This document shows, one piece after another, positions 15,025 to 27,435 of a stretch of 64,000 nucleotides of DNA. Location: NCBI RefSeq assembly GCF_022045235.1, contig NW_027266308.1, positions 43,338,001 through 43,402,000 on the forward strand, read 5' to 3'. The notes under the pieces were generated by a model, which made no database searches, was not told where the DNA came from, and was given only the letters and a program-made list of their open reading frames with translations. The DNA comes from Haliotis cracherodii (lineage: Eukaryota). Position 1 is the stretch's first letter. Each line of letters begins with the position of its first letter. Both the position numbers and the translations under genes were made by a program.

Positions 15025-15948
15025 AACACAGGGAAACAGATCCGATGTTACTGTTGTTATAACACAGTGAAAATCTTCCAAAAATCACATTCCACTAATG
15101 TTCCTGATGTTATACCAGTGGAACAGAGCCGACGCTCCTGTTATTACAGTGGAACAGATCCTATGTTCATATTGTCACAACCGTGGAACAGAGCCGATGT
15201 TCCTGTTAGTACAGTCGAACAGATCCTGTGTTCCTATTGTCACAACAGTGGTACAGAGCTGATGTTCCTATTGTTTCAACAGTGGAATAGAGCCGATATT
15301 CCCATGGTTACAACAGAGGAAGAGAGCCGATGTTCCTATTGTTACAACAGAGGCACAGAGTTGATGTTCCTGTTGTTACAACAGAGGAACAGAGCCGATG
15401 TTCCTGTTGTTATAACAGTGGAACAGAGCCGATGTTCCCGTTATTACAGTCGATCAGATTCGATGTTCCTATTGTTACTACAGTGGAACAGAGATGATGT
15501 TCCTGTTGTTATAACAGTGGAACAGAGCCGATGTTCCTATCGTTTCAACAGTGGAATAGAGCCGATATTCCCATGGTTACAACAGAGGAAGAGAGCCGAT
15601 GTTCCTATTGTTACAACAGAGGCACAGATCCGATGTTCCTATTGTTACAACAGAGGAACAGAGCCGATGTTCCTGTTGTTGTAACAGTGGAACAGAGCCG
15701 ATGTTCCCGTTGTTACAGTCGATCAGATCCGGTGTTCCTATTGTTACAACAGTGGAACAGAGATGATGTTCCTGTTGTCATAAAAGTTGAACAGATCCGA
15801 TGTTCCTATTGTTACAACAGAGGTACAGAGGTGATGTTCCTGCTGTTACAACAGTGGAACATACCTGATGTTCCTGTTCTTATAACAGTGGTACAGAGCT
15901 GATGTTCCCATTGTTACAACAGTGGAACAGAGCCGATGTTCCTATTGC
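15025..15948. repeat. 34-bp minisatellite with internal dyad symmetry and a 269-bp higher-order duplication
   Basis: Unit GTGGAACAGAGCCGATGTTCCTGTTGTTATAACA. The diagnostic variant AGCCGATATTCCCATGG occurs at 15291 and 15560. Confidence 0.93.
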
Positions 15949-16002
15949 CATGTAACACATCAGCACCGATACCTGGTGCCAAACAGAGACAGGAAGGGTG
16001 TC

Positions 16003-16126
16003 TTTCATCGTGTCCCAATTGCATAGATCGATGGTCATTGATCATGCATTGTCCGGTCCAGATTCGATTAATTACCGACCGCCATCATGTACTGGAAGAT
16101 TGCTGCATGTAGTGTTAAACAACAAA
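16003..16126 (+). mobile_element. family A, degenerate 3' half
   Basis: TCATCGTGTCCCAATTGCATAGATCGATG...TTGTCCGGTCCAGATTCGATT...GTTAAACAACAA aligns to family A. Confidence 0.75.
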
Positions 16127-18307
16127 AAAGGGATGAAAGAATAAATTCAGTGCTAATACAATTGTTTTCTTCAACACAACAATGTGTCATGACTCCTGTA
16201 AGTCTTTTGCCAAGGATATAAATAATGCAGCCATCGTAGTGACGTCATTTAGTGGATTGGTACCACGAACACGATCTACAATGAAGATATATGACAAATA
16301 TGTCCATGTTTGTAACATTAATAATACTGTGGGGATTAGTAGAAACTACCCGAATTGCATTTTAGTAGAACAATAACAAGTAGCTTCGTCGTCAACAGCA
16401 GCAGCAACAATTACAACTACATCCACAGCAGCAACAATCCAGTTATTTAGTTTCCTGGAAACCCTTTCAAATTTGATTTTGGCAATTATCCTGTAGTGAT
16501 GTCTAAAACGAAATGGAAAAATACCTAATATCGGAGTCCAATTCCGTTGTGCTGAAATCGGATAAGTCAAATAGAACAGTTGACTGATAGTAAATGGTAT
16601 TCTTCTTCATTCAACAATATAAATATGCTCACGGGGTCAGATGGATTAGCCAAATATTCAATTATCTTGAGGCTAATGTAGGTCGCCTTAATGAGCCGAA
16701 CTCGACACACTGACCTACATGACCAATTGGTTGTAATCAGTGTTATTATTTTTCATAAATATATCTTTTTGGCATGTTTTGTCTATAAGTTCCGGCGAAC
16801 ATATACTCACACAAATCAATGTTAACAGATTGACCCATAATGGTGGCACAGTTGCTAAAGCCACTGTCCCTGTTATGGTCAGTGTGTGATTGCAGTTGAA
16901 CTAAACTGCTCCAGCTTCCAAGATAACACATCTTGCATAGGTTTTGGTGAAATTGTTAAATACTTGTTTATATTCCATCATAATTGTGACAGGATCCGCA
17001 GATCTCAGTGTTCTAATCCAAGATTCACTCCGATTATAAGCCTTAATCTCTCGCGTGTACTTGCAGTATTATTCATTTCGCACAAGCGTAACGGGATACG
17101 TCTCTGAAATAATAAAGTTAATTGATCTCAAAGCTTTAAAATCTTAATCAAATATTATATTACCACAAGAGGTATTCCCAGCCGTTGCACCATTTACTCA
17201 TAAACCAATCTGCAACACATTTTATCATTATTAAGACAATTAAAACCCGCCATACGTATTCCGCCGAAATATCCAGTCACAAGTTTGTCAATTTTAGCGA
17301 GTGTTTGCGACATAATTAATGTTTCAACGCCAACAATCGGTCACGTGATTTAAAGCTTTTATGCAAATAGGACAACCCTGTCCGTACTTACCTTGCCACA
17401 TAAACAGCACTACAATTTATTAATTGCTGCTTTATGGGAGTTTCAGAAACTTGAATGAATAGAGTATGTTGATTAATTGGTTTTGCTGTCCGTGTGTATC
17501 AAACTTGATACGGGAACCTCGGTGTCGGGTGGTCGGCACAATTACGATGAGAAATCCAAGATGTCACAGTCGGGTTTTTGTAATACAAGGGTAGGAATTG
17601 ACAGTGGGGTAGGATGACTGCAACAAACAGTAGAAACAGGATTGACATAGTTAAGGCTGTATTGTTGTTTTGTCGTTCTTACTGTCCGGGATTATCGTGT
17701 CAGTGCCACGGGGTATGTGATGCAGAAGCCGTTTATCGGGATGTCTGATTGCTATAAGATGACGTGAGATGTTATAAGGTTGAGAGTTTTAAGTTATCTA
17801 TGTATTTTGAGACATTGTTTGTAATTCAAAATCTGTATCTTATATTTCATTCTTTTTCATAATTATTACTTCCCTAATCCATCTTGTAGACGTCAGTTTG
17901 TTATAACATATATTTTCGTTCCTGAAATAAAAATAATTATATTTAGACTGAACTATTAATATTGATATAGATATATTATTATTTGTTTCATAAAACAATA
18001 GTTTTCAACATGAAAACAATGCCTTTTCAAATATATCCTCAAATGTCAGTATAAGATATTGTTAGTTTAAAAATCAGTACGCTACATGTTTCCTGTTACT
18101 GACATTGGCAATAGGTTCACAAGAAAAAAAAGCTTATTACCCAGCATGTTTTACAATCATAAGCATCAACGATGTTATGGATATATAACATGTGCTGGTA
18201 TGTTTGACCTGAGACGGTTTTGGGTTTCATATTGATGTCCGAGAATAACGGATTATTATTTATGAAGGTGTACTTTTGCCCCTGTTACGAAAATGTTAAT
18301 TGATATA

Positions 18308-18450
18308 CAGTAAAGTACGGTTATAACGACCTCAAAGGGACTACTTATTTCTGTTCGTTATAACCGTAGTTCGTTATAAGCATATATACAGTATAACTAC
18401 AGCAAATAGTCGGGACAAAAAAGTAAGTTCGTTATATCCGTAGTTTACTG
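18308..18450. mobile_element. MITE copy 3 (internally deleted) of the 12906 family
   Basis: CAGTAAAGTACGGTTATAACG ... CCGTAGTTTACTG with TA flanks. It is 32 bp shorter, with the deletion among the GTTCGTTATA subrepeats. Confidence 0.88.
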
Positions 18451-18778
18451 TAAGTGTTAGGATTTGATTGGAAAGGGATTGGGATGTTGTGTTCGTAAAA
18501 CGTACGATTAGTGTGAAATTTATGGTCAATGAAATTGTCAGAATTTTCTTGAAAACAAAAGTTAACAACAATTTCATTTTTGTCGGGTGATTGGTTTTAT
18601 CTTTTTTATAGTTAAACATATTTTACATTAAAGTGACATTTAACGATAAAATAAGATATCCTCTTTGCCATTAATTAAATGACTTAGTACCATGTTTATC
18701 ATTAACTAAATGACTTATTACTTTGACACAGCATACGGAAGGTGCATTCTAAGATATACAGGTGTCTCATATGAGTTG

Positions 18779-18936
18779 GGTCCGCCTCCGTGGTCAAGTG
18801 GATACGAACGTCTACCAGTAGAGCGGGTGGTCGGTGGTTCGATCTCCTGGCCGCGCCATACCTAAAGACGTTAAAAGATGGTAGTTTTTGTTACCCCGCC
18901 TGGCGCTTGACATTAAGGGGCTGAAACAAAGACTGG
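18779..18936 (+). mobile_element. family B tRNA-derived SINE, 5' part
   Basis: A/B-box head (GTGGTCAAGTGG...GGTTCGATCTCC) and CATACCTAAAGACGTTAAAAGATGGTA body, matching 47170. Confidence 0.8.
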
Positions 18937-21338
18937 ACTGAATATGCATCGGAATATCTCAACCACAAACAATTAAATTTGGATGTGCAAAATTCATCCG
19001 ATTAATAATAGTTGAAATGTGTTCAAAACAATAGGAAAGTAATATTCCGAGGTCAACGTCGTCACGCACAGTTCCAACACAAAAAAACAATGAGAATTGT
19101 TAAAGGTAACAGGTCAAGCTGTGCGCAGGTGTCATTTATGCGTGGTCAGGAGCTGGACAACTGTAACTGTTAATTGTTCTGGTCATTCTCCTAGCGGATA
19201 CAACATGTGGCGTTTATAAAAAAAGTGAAACAATATCACTAGGTTGTGATGTCAAACTGACCATGCGGGATTTGACCAGTCTGTGTGATTGATGGGTGAT
19301 ATTTGCATCAGAAATGATTCTAACATTGTGTATTCAATTAGCTTTGCGTGATGCGTCCACTTAATTAGAATGGACATTTATTGTTATTTTCATGGCAAAA
19401 TAGTACAGTGCCTTTAGGCAGTTTTGGTAATTTACTGTGGAATCCGATGCGGTTTATGTACGTAAGGTGTTAATATCATTCATCCCTGTAGATACAGTTC
19501 GAATACTTTACATTTAACCATTTTAAAAAATGAGGCTGGTAAAATACCATTTTTCATCCTTTTCCAACAAATTTCCTTACTCTCAACAAAATATGAATAA
19601 AATGTTATCATAGAAATGATATATCATATCATATTTTATACTACATGTCATTTTTGTGTGATGAATATGTTAAAAAGAATTTCGTAAAGTGAAGTAATGT
19701 CATTTCAAATACGCATATGTCTGTAACACCTGTGTTCCTTTCATCTGTTCTGAAACTGTGCATGACATGCGGGAAAAATAACATACAGACACGGGATCAC
19801 GGACGTCCTGCGTGGGGGATCTGTTTACAAATATGTATATTTCAAAGGCCTTTTTTTCCCTCTGTCAAAAAGCACAATTCTCATTGTACATATATCACAG
19901 CTGTGTCACCCACCTGACTGGTGTAAAATCAATAGATACTATGTGTGGTGGTTGTGGTAGTTAGAATTGTTGTCAGAAACACATTGGATGGTTTTGTTGT
20001 TGACAAACACATGGTATTGACACAGTATTGATATCAATATTGCGAATGTTAACAGCAGAGCGTCCAATAAAGATTAAATATTACAACAGAGTATACATTA
20101 ATGGCATATTACGTTTCGTTTCACAACTTAAAATAAACCGTGCACATTTCAGTCAATGAAGGGATATTTCACTTAAATGATTTTCACAATTGATATAAAT
20201 TCGGATATCTGAGACGGATTTGTTTCTTGCTTCATACACTGTCCTGCCAATACCGGACACCTGCGTTATCCGGCAGAAAATGAGTGGACGTACTTTACGC
20301 TGCATCTGATACCTTCGTCCGAAATTAGGGTGTGCGTTGAATGAGGCGTGTATTTGAATTAGGCATCAACACGAAGGCGATGCGGTCCCATACAATGAAC
20401 TTTACACGACGTTTTCATACGTCATTACTCACTCACTCTTACTTTAATGGAACGGGTGGTTACACTTGGTGAATACAAGGGCGGATCCAGCATTTTTAAA
20501 AGGGAGGTGCCCAAAATATGAAAATCTTCTCTCAGATAATTTTACTGCTTTCAGCATACTACATTTGGTTTTCAAAAGCAACCCTCACCCATCCCCCCGA
20601 CCCCCACCCCCACCCCTCCCACCCCCCGACCAGCCTATGATTTGGTTGACAGCGAGGCGTACCACAACGATGCGGATCATTGCGTACGGTCGTGAAACTG
20701 GCGGGACTATTGCTGGGCGTGGAGTCAACAAACAGACACTTACGTTGTTATGAACGCTATGTGAGTGGTGAGTGCTACCGGTGGGGCACGACACGCTTAC
20801 CTCGTGTCACCACTGATTATCAATGATCCATTCATATAATTTTAATATTTCTGTTGCCCTTTACGCCCAGTAAAAACTGAATATCCACTGACGTTGACGT
20901 TGACGTTTGGAATTAAAGAGAAACGTCTTTGCCCCAGCCGGTCTGCATCACAGCGTGCGGTGTCTGTATTATTGAGGTTCTGTTTCAACTCAATTTACAT
21001 ACGCTATGGAAAAATGTCTAACATGTTCCTAAATCACTCAAACCAAAATATTTTTTTGTAATATGTTAGCAATATTATGATTTTTAAATGAAAATAAAAA
21101 CACATTTAATGTTAATTCTTGTACACAATGTAAATTTCCCCTAATTCAATGCAAATATGTTGTTTAGATATGAATAGATGTCGCTGCTTTTAGATGTACT
21201 TTTAATACATTAAAAAAACCCACCATAACAGAATGTATTAATAATATAACATCGCCATCATTTATACACATGACGTTTTGGGGACATGTCATTCATACGT
21301 TTATTTTGAAATGTTTCAATCTGTTTATTAATGAGTTG

Positions 21339-22126
21339 CAATGTTTATATTTCAGGCTCGTCCCTGGTAGACGCGTGCATCCATGGCAATATATCCAGGC
21401 TGTGTGAACAAATTGATGCAATGACGAGTGTGAATGATATACATTGTAGCCGGAATCGTACAAAGGATTTTTGTCGCTTTTAATATTGAGATATTGGATG
21501 GAGAATAGAGTAAATATACTATAAGTATTACTAAGCACGGCAGACTCAACCCTTATATATGTGAGTTTAAGGACTCAACAAAGGTGTAGCTTCCTATTTA
21601 TGTATGTTCAAACTCATTTGCGTATTGCAAAAGGTTTTTTTATAATATGTCAAAATATTACATGTCAAAATGATTTATGTAAACAATACAATACAGCAGC
21701 CGCAGCAATAGTTCGACAATGTACTTTTCAATGTTTATATTTCAGGCTCGTCCCTGGTAGACGCATGCATCCATGGCAATATATCCAGGCTGTGTCAACA
21801 AATTGATGCAATGACGAGTGTGAATGATATAGCCGGAATCCTACAAAGGACTTTAGTCGTTTTAATTGAGATTTAAATGATGTGTGTTGCGTCACCTGGA
21901 TGGAGTATACAGTAAATATACTATTAATATTACTAAGCAGGGCAGACTCAACCCTTATATACGTGAGTTTAAGGACTCAAAAAAGGTGTAGCTTCCCATT
22001 TATGTATGTTCAAACTCATTTGCGTATTGCAACAGGTTGTTTTTATAAAGCATTACATGTCAAAATGATGTATGTTAACAATACAATACAGCAGCTGAAG
22101 CAATAGTTCGACAATGTACTTTTCAA
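21339..22126. repeat. ~390-bp tandem duplication (2 diverged copies)
   Basis: CAATGTTTATATTTCAGGCTCGTCCCTGGTAGACGC starts at 21339 and 21729. The copies differ by substitutions and indels. Confidence 0.92.
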
Positions 22127-22318
22127 CTCAATTTACACCAATGCCAGATACGTTGACATCTCGCGATCTAATACAGCATTGAAATTAATACTATGCGATT
22201 TAGGTACTAATATTAACTGGTAAATCAAGTTTGACTTGAAAAAAGATGGTATCTATACGCATGGTTGTGTTTGATTCAATGCAGTACTTAAATTCTTTTG
22301 TTTATTTTGAGCACCTGG

Positions 22319-22453
22319 NNNNNNNNNNNNNNNNNNNNNNNNNNNNNNNNNNNNNNNNNNNNNNNNNNNNNNNNNNNNNNNNNNNNNNNNNNNNNNNNNN
22401 NNNNNNNNNNNNNNNNNNNNNNNNNNNNNNNNNNNNNNNNNNNNNNNNNNNNN
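22319..22453. other. assembly gap (135 N)
   Basis: Run of N. Confidence 1.
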
Positions 22454-25400
22454 TGTCTGGAACTTCTCGAGAGTGGCACTGACACGACAAATGAGTAGCG
22501 AGGCATTATCACCTTATGCGCCTCAGAAATGTTGTAATTATTAAACTTGGCGTTGCACTGACTGGAGTACAGTGACAAGCATGTTTGTGTGACCACTGTT
22601 TGTTTTTGTTTGTTTATCATATTGTAGCTGTAGTATACAAAATCACATTCATAAAAAATGTATCAGCAATGTAGCCGTGTTTAGGAAACAATACTATGTG
22701 GATTTTTGATTTGATAAATATTTAAATTTATTTCCCTTGTTGTGTATACTTTATTCGCCATTAGAGGCGCGATGTACAACAACAGAAATACACCTTAATG
22801 TTTTTTTGTATTACATCCCAACTAATATGAGTGCGAGAAGACATAATGTGGGGTGTTAATATTTCTATTATCTAAAAGTACTCACAAATACTTGAGTAAG
22901 GAAATACAATATTGGACCTATTAAAAGTATAATACTTTAATGCATATAGAATTCAGGTAGACGTGTAAATCCTACTGCGAAAAGAGTCTGATCCCTCGTC
23001 AGATCTTTCACCAATTAATGTATTGTTGTGGGAAGCAGAGTCACATGCCTTGCTGAATTATCGTGTTATCCGTCAAAATTGGCAGCTGAACATTTGACGC
23101 CCTGTTTTTTTCCGTCTGCTCGACGCAGGCCGTCATTTTATTGACAAATGTAACGTAAAGATTTACACACACTCACTCACTCACTCGCGCCCTGTGACAA
23201 GCGATGTATTTATCGAAGCAACGTGAAACTCTACACCGTGTTTCCACACACTACTTGTTCCGACGACCAATATTTATTTAGAATTTATCATGAAAATCAG
23301 TGTCACGTAAAACCCTTTGTTTTCACAGGTTAGGTCTAGTCAATTATATAAATACGTCCTTTTTTATTACCTTGAAACTTGGGACCCGTTTTCTGAAATC
23401 TCCGAAACTAAATATTTAACTTCAAAGCAACGCTCGGTTATCCAAAGTTGTTTTTGCAGAGCACCTAGTTTTTGCTAATTCTACTTACTTCGCCCGTTTG
23501 ATCTCGCGAGAAGTCAGCGTTAGCGAGAGGTCTTAGCGGGAAGAGAGTTTGGATGCGTTGGAATTTGATTTGGTTTCGGGTCGATTCCACTCGGCGAAAA
23601 CGTATCCCCGAAAGCTGTTTTTATCTGAGATTTCCACTTAGTCGCAATCCCAATTACTGGACCCCAAATTAACAGCTGTCTGCGTGTATCAGCCGCAAGT
23701 CCAACTTCTCACTCGATACGCTTAACTTCTTTGGTGGTCTGCAATCCAGGTTCGAGTTACCTACCCTTGCTTCTTTGATCTCCGGTTCGGTATGACTTTG
23801 CCTTGTAACTCTACAACCTAGCTTGTCAGCGGGACCTCAGCTGATGGCGAAACTCACCCCCCAAGCATGGAAGCACCCCCTGATCTAAACCCTGATTAGG
23901 AGGGACGGAGACTCTAGAGAGACTCAAAGCACGCGATTTGAATTTTTTACACCCCCATGCCGCCATTTGTAATAATATAACCACAGATGGAACGCGGAGC
24001 TTGGGCTAAGTCACAAATTACTGTAGATTATTTACACAATTCGTCGAGGCCGCGGAAAGGATATAGATCATCGACAGGTATACACTACATATGACAGGCA
24101 TACGGGGACTAAAGTTGAGACGTGGTCTTGCCTGTGTGAAAGTCGTGCTCTCAGATCGCGTGCTTCTGGAAGAGAAAGCATGTTCATTCGATAAACGGCG
24201 ATAGAATCATGCGTCTAGCGACCCAGAGAAAGGTGTTTACTTCCAAAAGCGACGTAGATCGTTTGATGTACAATTGCTCAACCCCTGCCGTGCAGGGATC
24301 GTGTATTAAGAGACGGGAACCTGATAAATTATGCGGTATCCAAGACGAGTAAATTGCACACCTCTCAGCTAGCGAACTGATGTGCGTGACTTTAGCCAAT
24401 AAGATCTTGGAGAAATCAAATTACCGCCGTGTCTGCCTTGTGATGAAACCAGCGATCCTGCTCGAGAAATATGAATGTCCATTGCTCATTATCTTTCCTG
24501 AAAACAGAAGTCAAGAAGACAATGGTGGAAATGTCAACAAACGCTGACAGAAACACCCCGCATTACACACCCATACAGAATATAAGTACGTATCACGTTT
24601 CGCAAACCGCCGACAGAAGTGGCAAAACTACACAGATTTGGCACAGCCTTGATCATAATATGCTTTGAAAGAGTCGAGCCGTGACATGCGTCTCGTAATG
24701 TTATAAAGTCTTTTTATTCCAGTAACTTGTGAACTTGCTCTTATTGAAAAATCACGTCTCAAAGTTTGGCTCCAGTTTTGACCAGGCATATTGCGCTTTA
24801 AAAAAATGTAGCTTTTGAACAAAGATTTGTTGAATTTTGACAAACCCAAACTGACATTGATACAGTATATTTCTGCGAAGTTTGGGCGTTTCAAAACTAA
24901 GTTCACACGGACACTATACATTCATATATAGAAGGCTTAAGTCTACATGGAATTCAATATTATTCAACCGGGCCATATTATCATCATTGAGAAGGCACGT
25001 TTTTGTAGGAGAACCATATATTGCAATCATGAAATATTTGTACCAATGTTGAACTAGCCAATATAAGGACCCACATGACATCTGCCTGCTATATTGACTT
25101 ATCCTGCATACCTATGCTCCGCTTTATACACGCAGTCAAAGGATATGCCTTACTGTACGTTACATTTTAATTATATTGTTGTTGGTGTAGCAAGGTTAAA
25201 ACTGTGTATTATTTATACACACAGGTGTTTCAAGTGTAAGCACACATGTGAATTCAATTGCTTTACGCTTATCAATTGACGGAATGAGACTCATTTGGGA
25301 AATAGAGAAAACTTAACGAGGTATCGTCAATCGTCAGCGCGACATGCAATCTTGGCTGACTTGGCTAACTTCGACGAAGTCTGGGCACTTGGGTATGTAA

Positions 25401-26082
25401 ACGGGCAATATATGTTGGAGCTGGATGGCGAAAATATAATATTAGCTGATAGCATAGCTTTGATAGCGAAACACCAATTACTTAGATTAAGTATCTGCGA
25501 TCCACACATTTATATGCACATAGGTTCCATTTGGAGATCAGATAATATATTAATTATTATTATTAAAGTCAAATGTTTACAGGTAGTGACAATCATATTG
25601 TTTTACGCCGCAACCGGCTATATTCCAGCAGTCAGGATCATGACTTGCCTTACGTTATTTATAAAGATCTAAATACACGTTTTACCGAACAAATATCTTG
25701 CAGCAGCTAGTATACTGTGGGTATGTGGTCACAGGGTTGGTGAATGTTGTCTTACGGCGTTCAGCAACCTCACGGCTGTTGTGAATAACCGGGTAGGGCC
25801 AAGAAAACCAGTGGCTGACAGCATGAATAACGACCCAAACCGTCGGTTTAAGAAGACACAAAAATCAACCAGGTCACTCACTGTAAGAACCTGTTTTGAG
25901 CCTACCCGTATCCTTTTATTGACTTGGCCTGTCAGGACGATTGACACTCCTTGGCTTCACCAAAATGGTAAACGTCTACGACCTGCTTCTTTTGGACTTT
26001 CCTTCCTCATTGAATTGAACTGACAATGTGATGTAACAAAGTAGACACAATTTATGGATAACAACTTCTTTAATACTGTAAA

Positions 26083-26122
26083 GGCGACGTTTCGGTATAG
26101 ATCCGTATACCGTTGTCAAGCA
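26083..26122 (-). ncRNA. minimal type I hammerhead-like ribozyme motif (U3-A8 variant)
   Basis: Minus strand: TGC-TTGACAA-C-GGTATA-CGGATC-TATACC-GAAAC-GTC-GCC. This gives a UUGANAA core, 6-bp helix II, GAAA, palindromic ACGU helix III and a GUC triplet. Confidence 0.65.
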
Positions 26123-26234
26123 AGACTGAATGAGGGACATAGTGCAGAATATATATAGTGGTGGAGGATTAACAGAAGAGGATTAACAGTAACAACGATT
26201 GCATACATGAGTGGGAGTGTTCCTCATTCAGTCT

Positions 26235-26274
26235 TGCTGGACAACGGTATAAGGATCTATACCGAAACGTCGCC
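26235..26274 (+). ncRNA. second hammerhead-like motif, core mutated (TGGACAA)
   Basis: TGC-TGGACAA-C-GGTATA-AGGATC-TATACC-GAAAC-GTC-GCC, with a U4>G change relative to the inverted copy. Confidence 0.5.
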
Positions 26275-27254
26275 TTTACAGTATTAAAGGAGTTGTTAAC
26301 CATAAATTGTGTCTACTTTGTCATCCGTCAGCTAATGCCTATCAAACAATTCAATGTGATGTAACGCGAATGCTTTTCAAAGCGACACCAGCAGTTAACA
26401 TTAATGCGAATACGTGTGTCATTATGGTAAAGGACTTACCATTATGCAAATTGTGAGCGGCGGTTGCGATCGGTCGGGCAGGACGCTAACACCGGTGTTG
26501 TCAGTGATTGTCAGGGATCCATTCTTATCACTTTCAGCGCTGTTTTGCCTTTTACGTCTTTGTGGAATCTGTTTTGGCAGATAATCGAGAATGGTTATTC
26601 TCTGGCGTTGATGTTTTAGAATTAAAACATTGGATGATACTGAATGATCCGCCGATCCCCATTTTGATACACATCTGTTCAGAAAGTTTACTATTTTGGA
26701 ATTCAGTATGTTGTATGCCAATTCGTGTCCTTGAGAAGTGTCCACATTATCTAAGGTTAAAACTACCAAGGTATGGGGCGGTGACAATCTGGAGCTGAAC
26801 TACGGCTGGGGAAGGAGCAGGCTCTCAAGTCAACTCAATGTTGGGTAGAAAGTGACACCTGTCACATTTCAGTATAAATGATATCAGTGCCAGACGAATT
26901 CTGCGATTCCGCGATCGCCGAACGACTGAAAAAAGTGACATACCGCAGGATTGCAGAACAAACGCAGAATTTGTCACTCGAAATTGTCACTCGAATTATG
27001 CCCCAACTTTAACATGCTGTTCAAACATCCAAAATTTGAATCCTGCAAAAACACGAGATTTGTCATAATTTATTCTCACGTTTAAACGTTCAAATGGTAT
27101 AATGACTACATAAAGTTCTACCAAACCTGAAACGTCTAAATGCAAGATAATCAAATTGGTAAAGAATACAAAATGAGTTGTATTATTTTTTAGGGGTAAC
27201 TGGTTATGTTTTTAGAACAGGATTTTGATAATTGTACCGCACGTTGTGCGGTGT

Positions 27255-27435
27255 TGCGTCATTTGGGCCAGCCAGAAAAGTTCCAGGGTTCGAATCCCGT
27301 TTCGCCTTGCTTATGTTTCTGGTTTGTCAGCACCATACCTCTTCTCGTAGTGAGTAAACCTTCTAAAATCTGCATCACTTTTGGCTTTCCTACCTTATCA
27401 AACTGACAAGATGTGATATAGCTGAAAAAATGTTA
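27255..27435 (+). mobile_element. family D SINE, partial/degenerate
   Basis: GGGTTCGAATCCCGTTTCGCC...TTATGTTTCTGGTTTGTCAGCACCATACC...GATATAGCTGAAA aligns to 42447-42722. Confidence 0.7.

Larger units (their letters stand above)
26038..26351. mobile_element. Penelope-like mini-element: inverted pseudo-LTR pair plus ~30-nt tail, 14-bp TSD
   Basis: ~100-bp inverted arms at 26036-26139 and 26218-26321, unpaired extension 26322-26351, and direct repeat CAATGTGATGTAAC at 26024-26037 and 26352-26365. Each arm has a hammerhead-like motif. Confidence 0.8.

Noticed and set aside
15067-15902. 205-aa and 123-aa ORFs
   Set aside because: They arise from the 34-bp minisatellite cycling through frames.
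22246-22620. ORFs spanning the N run
   Set aside because: Artefacts of the assembly gap.
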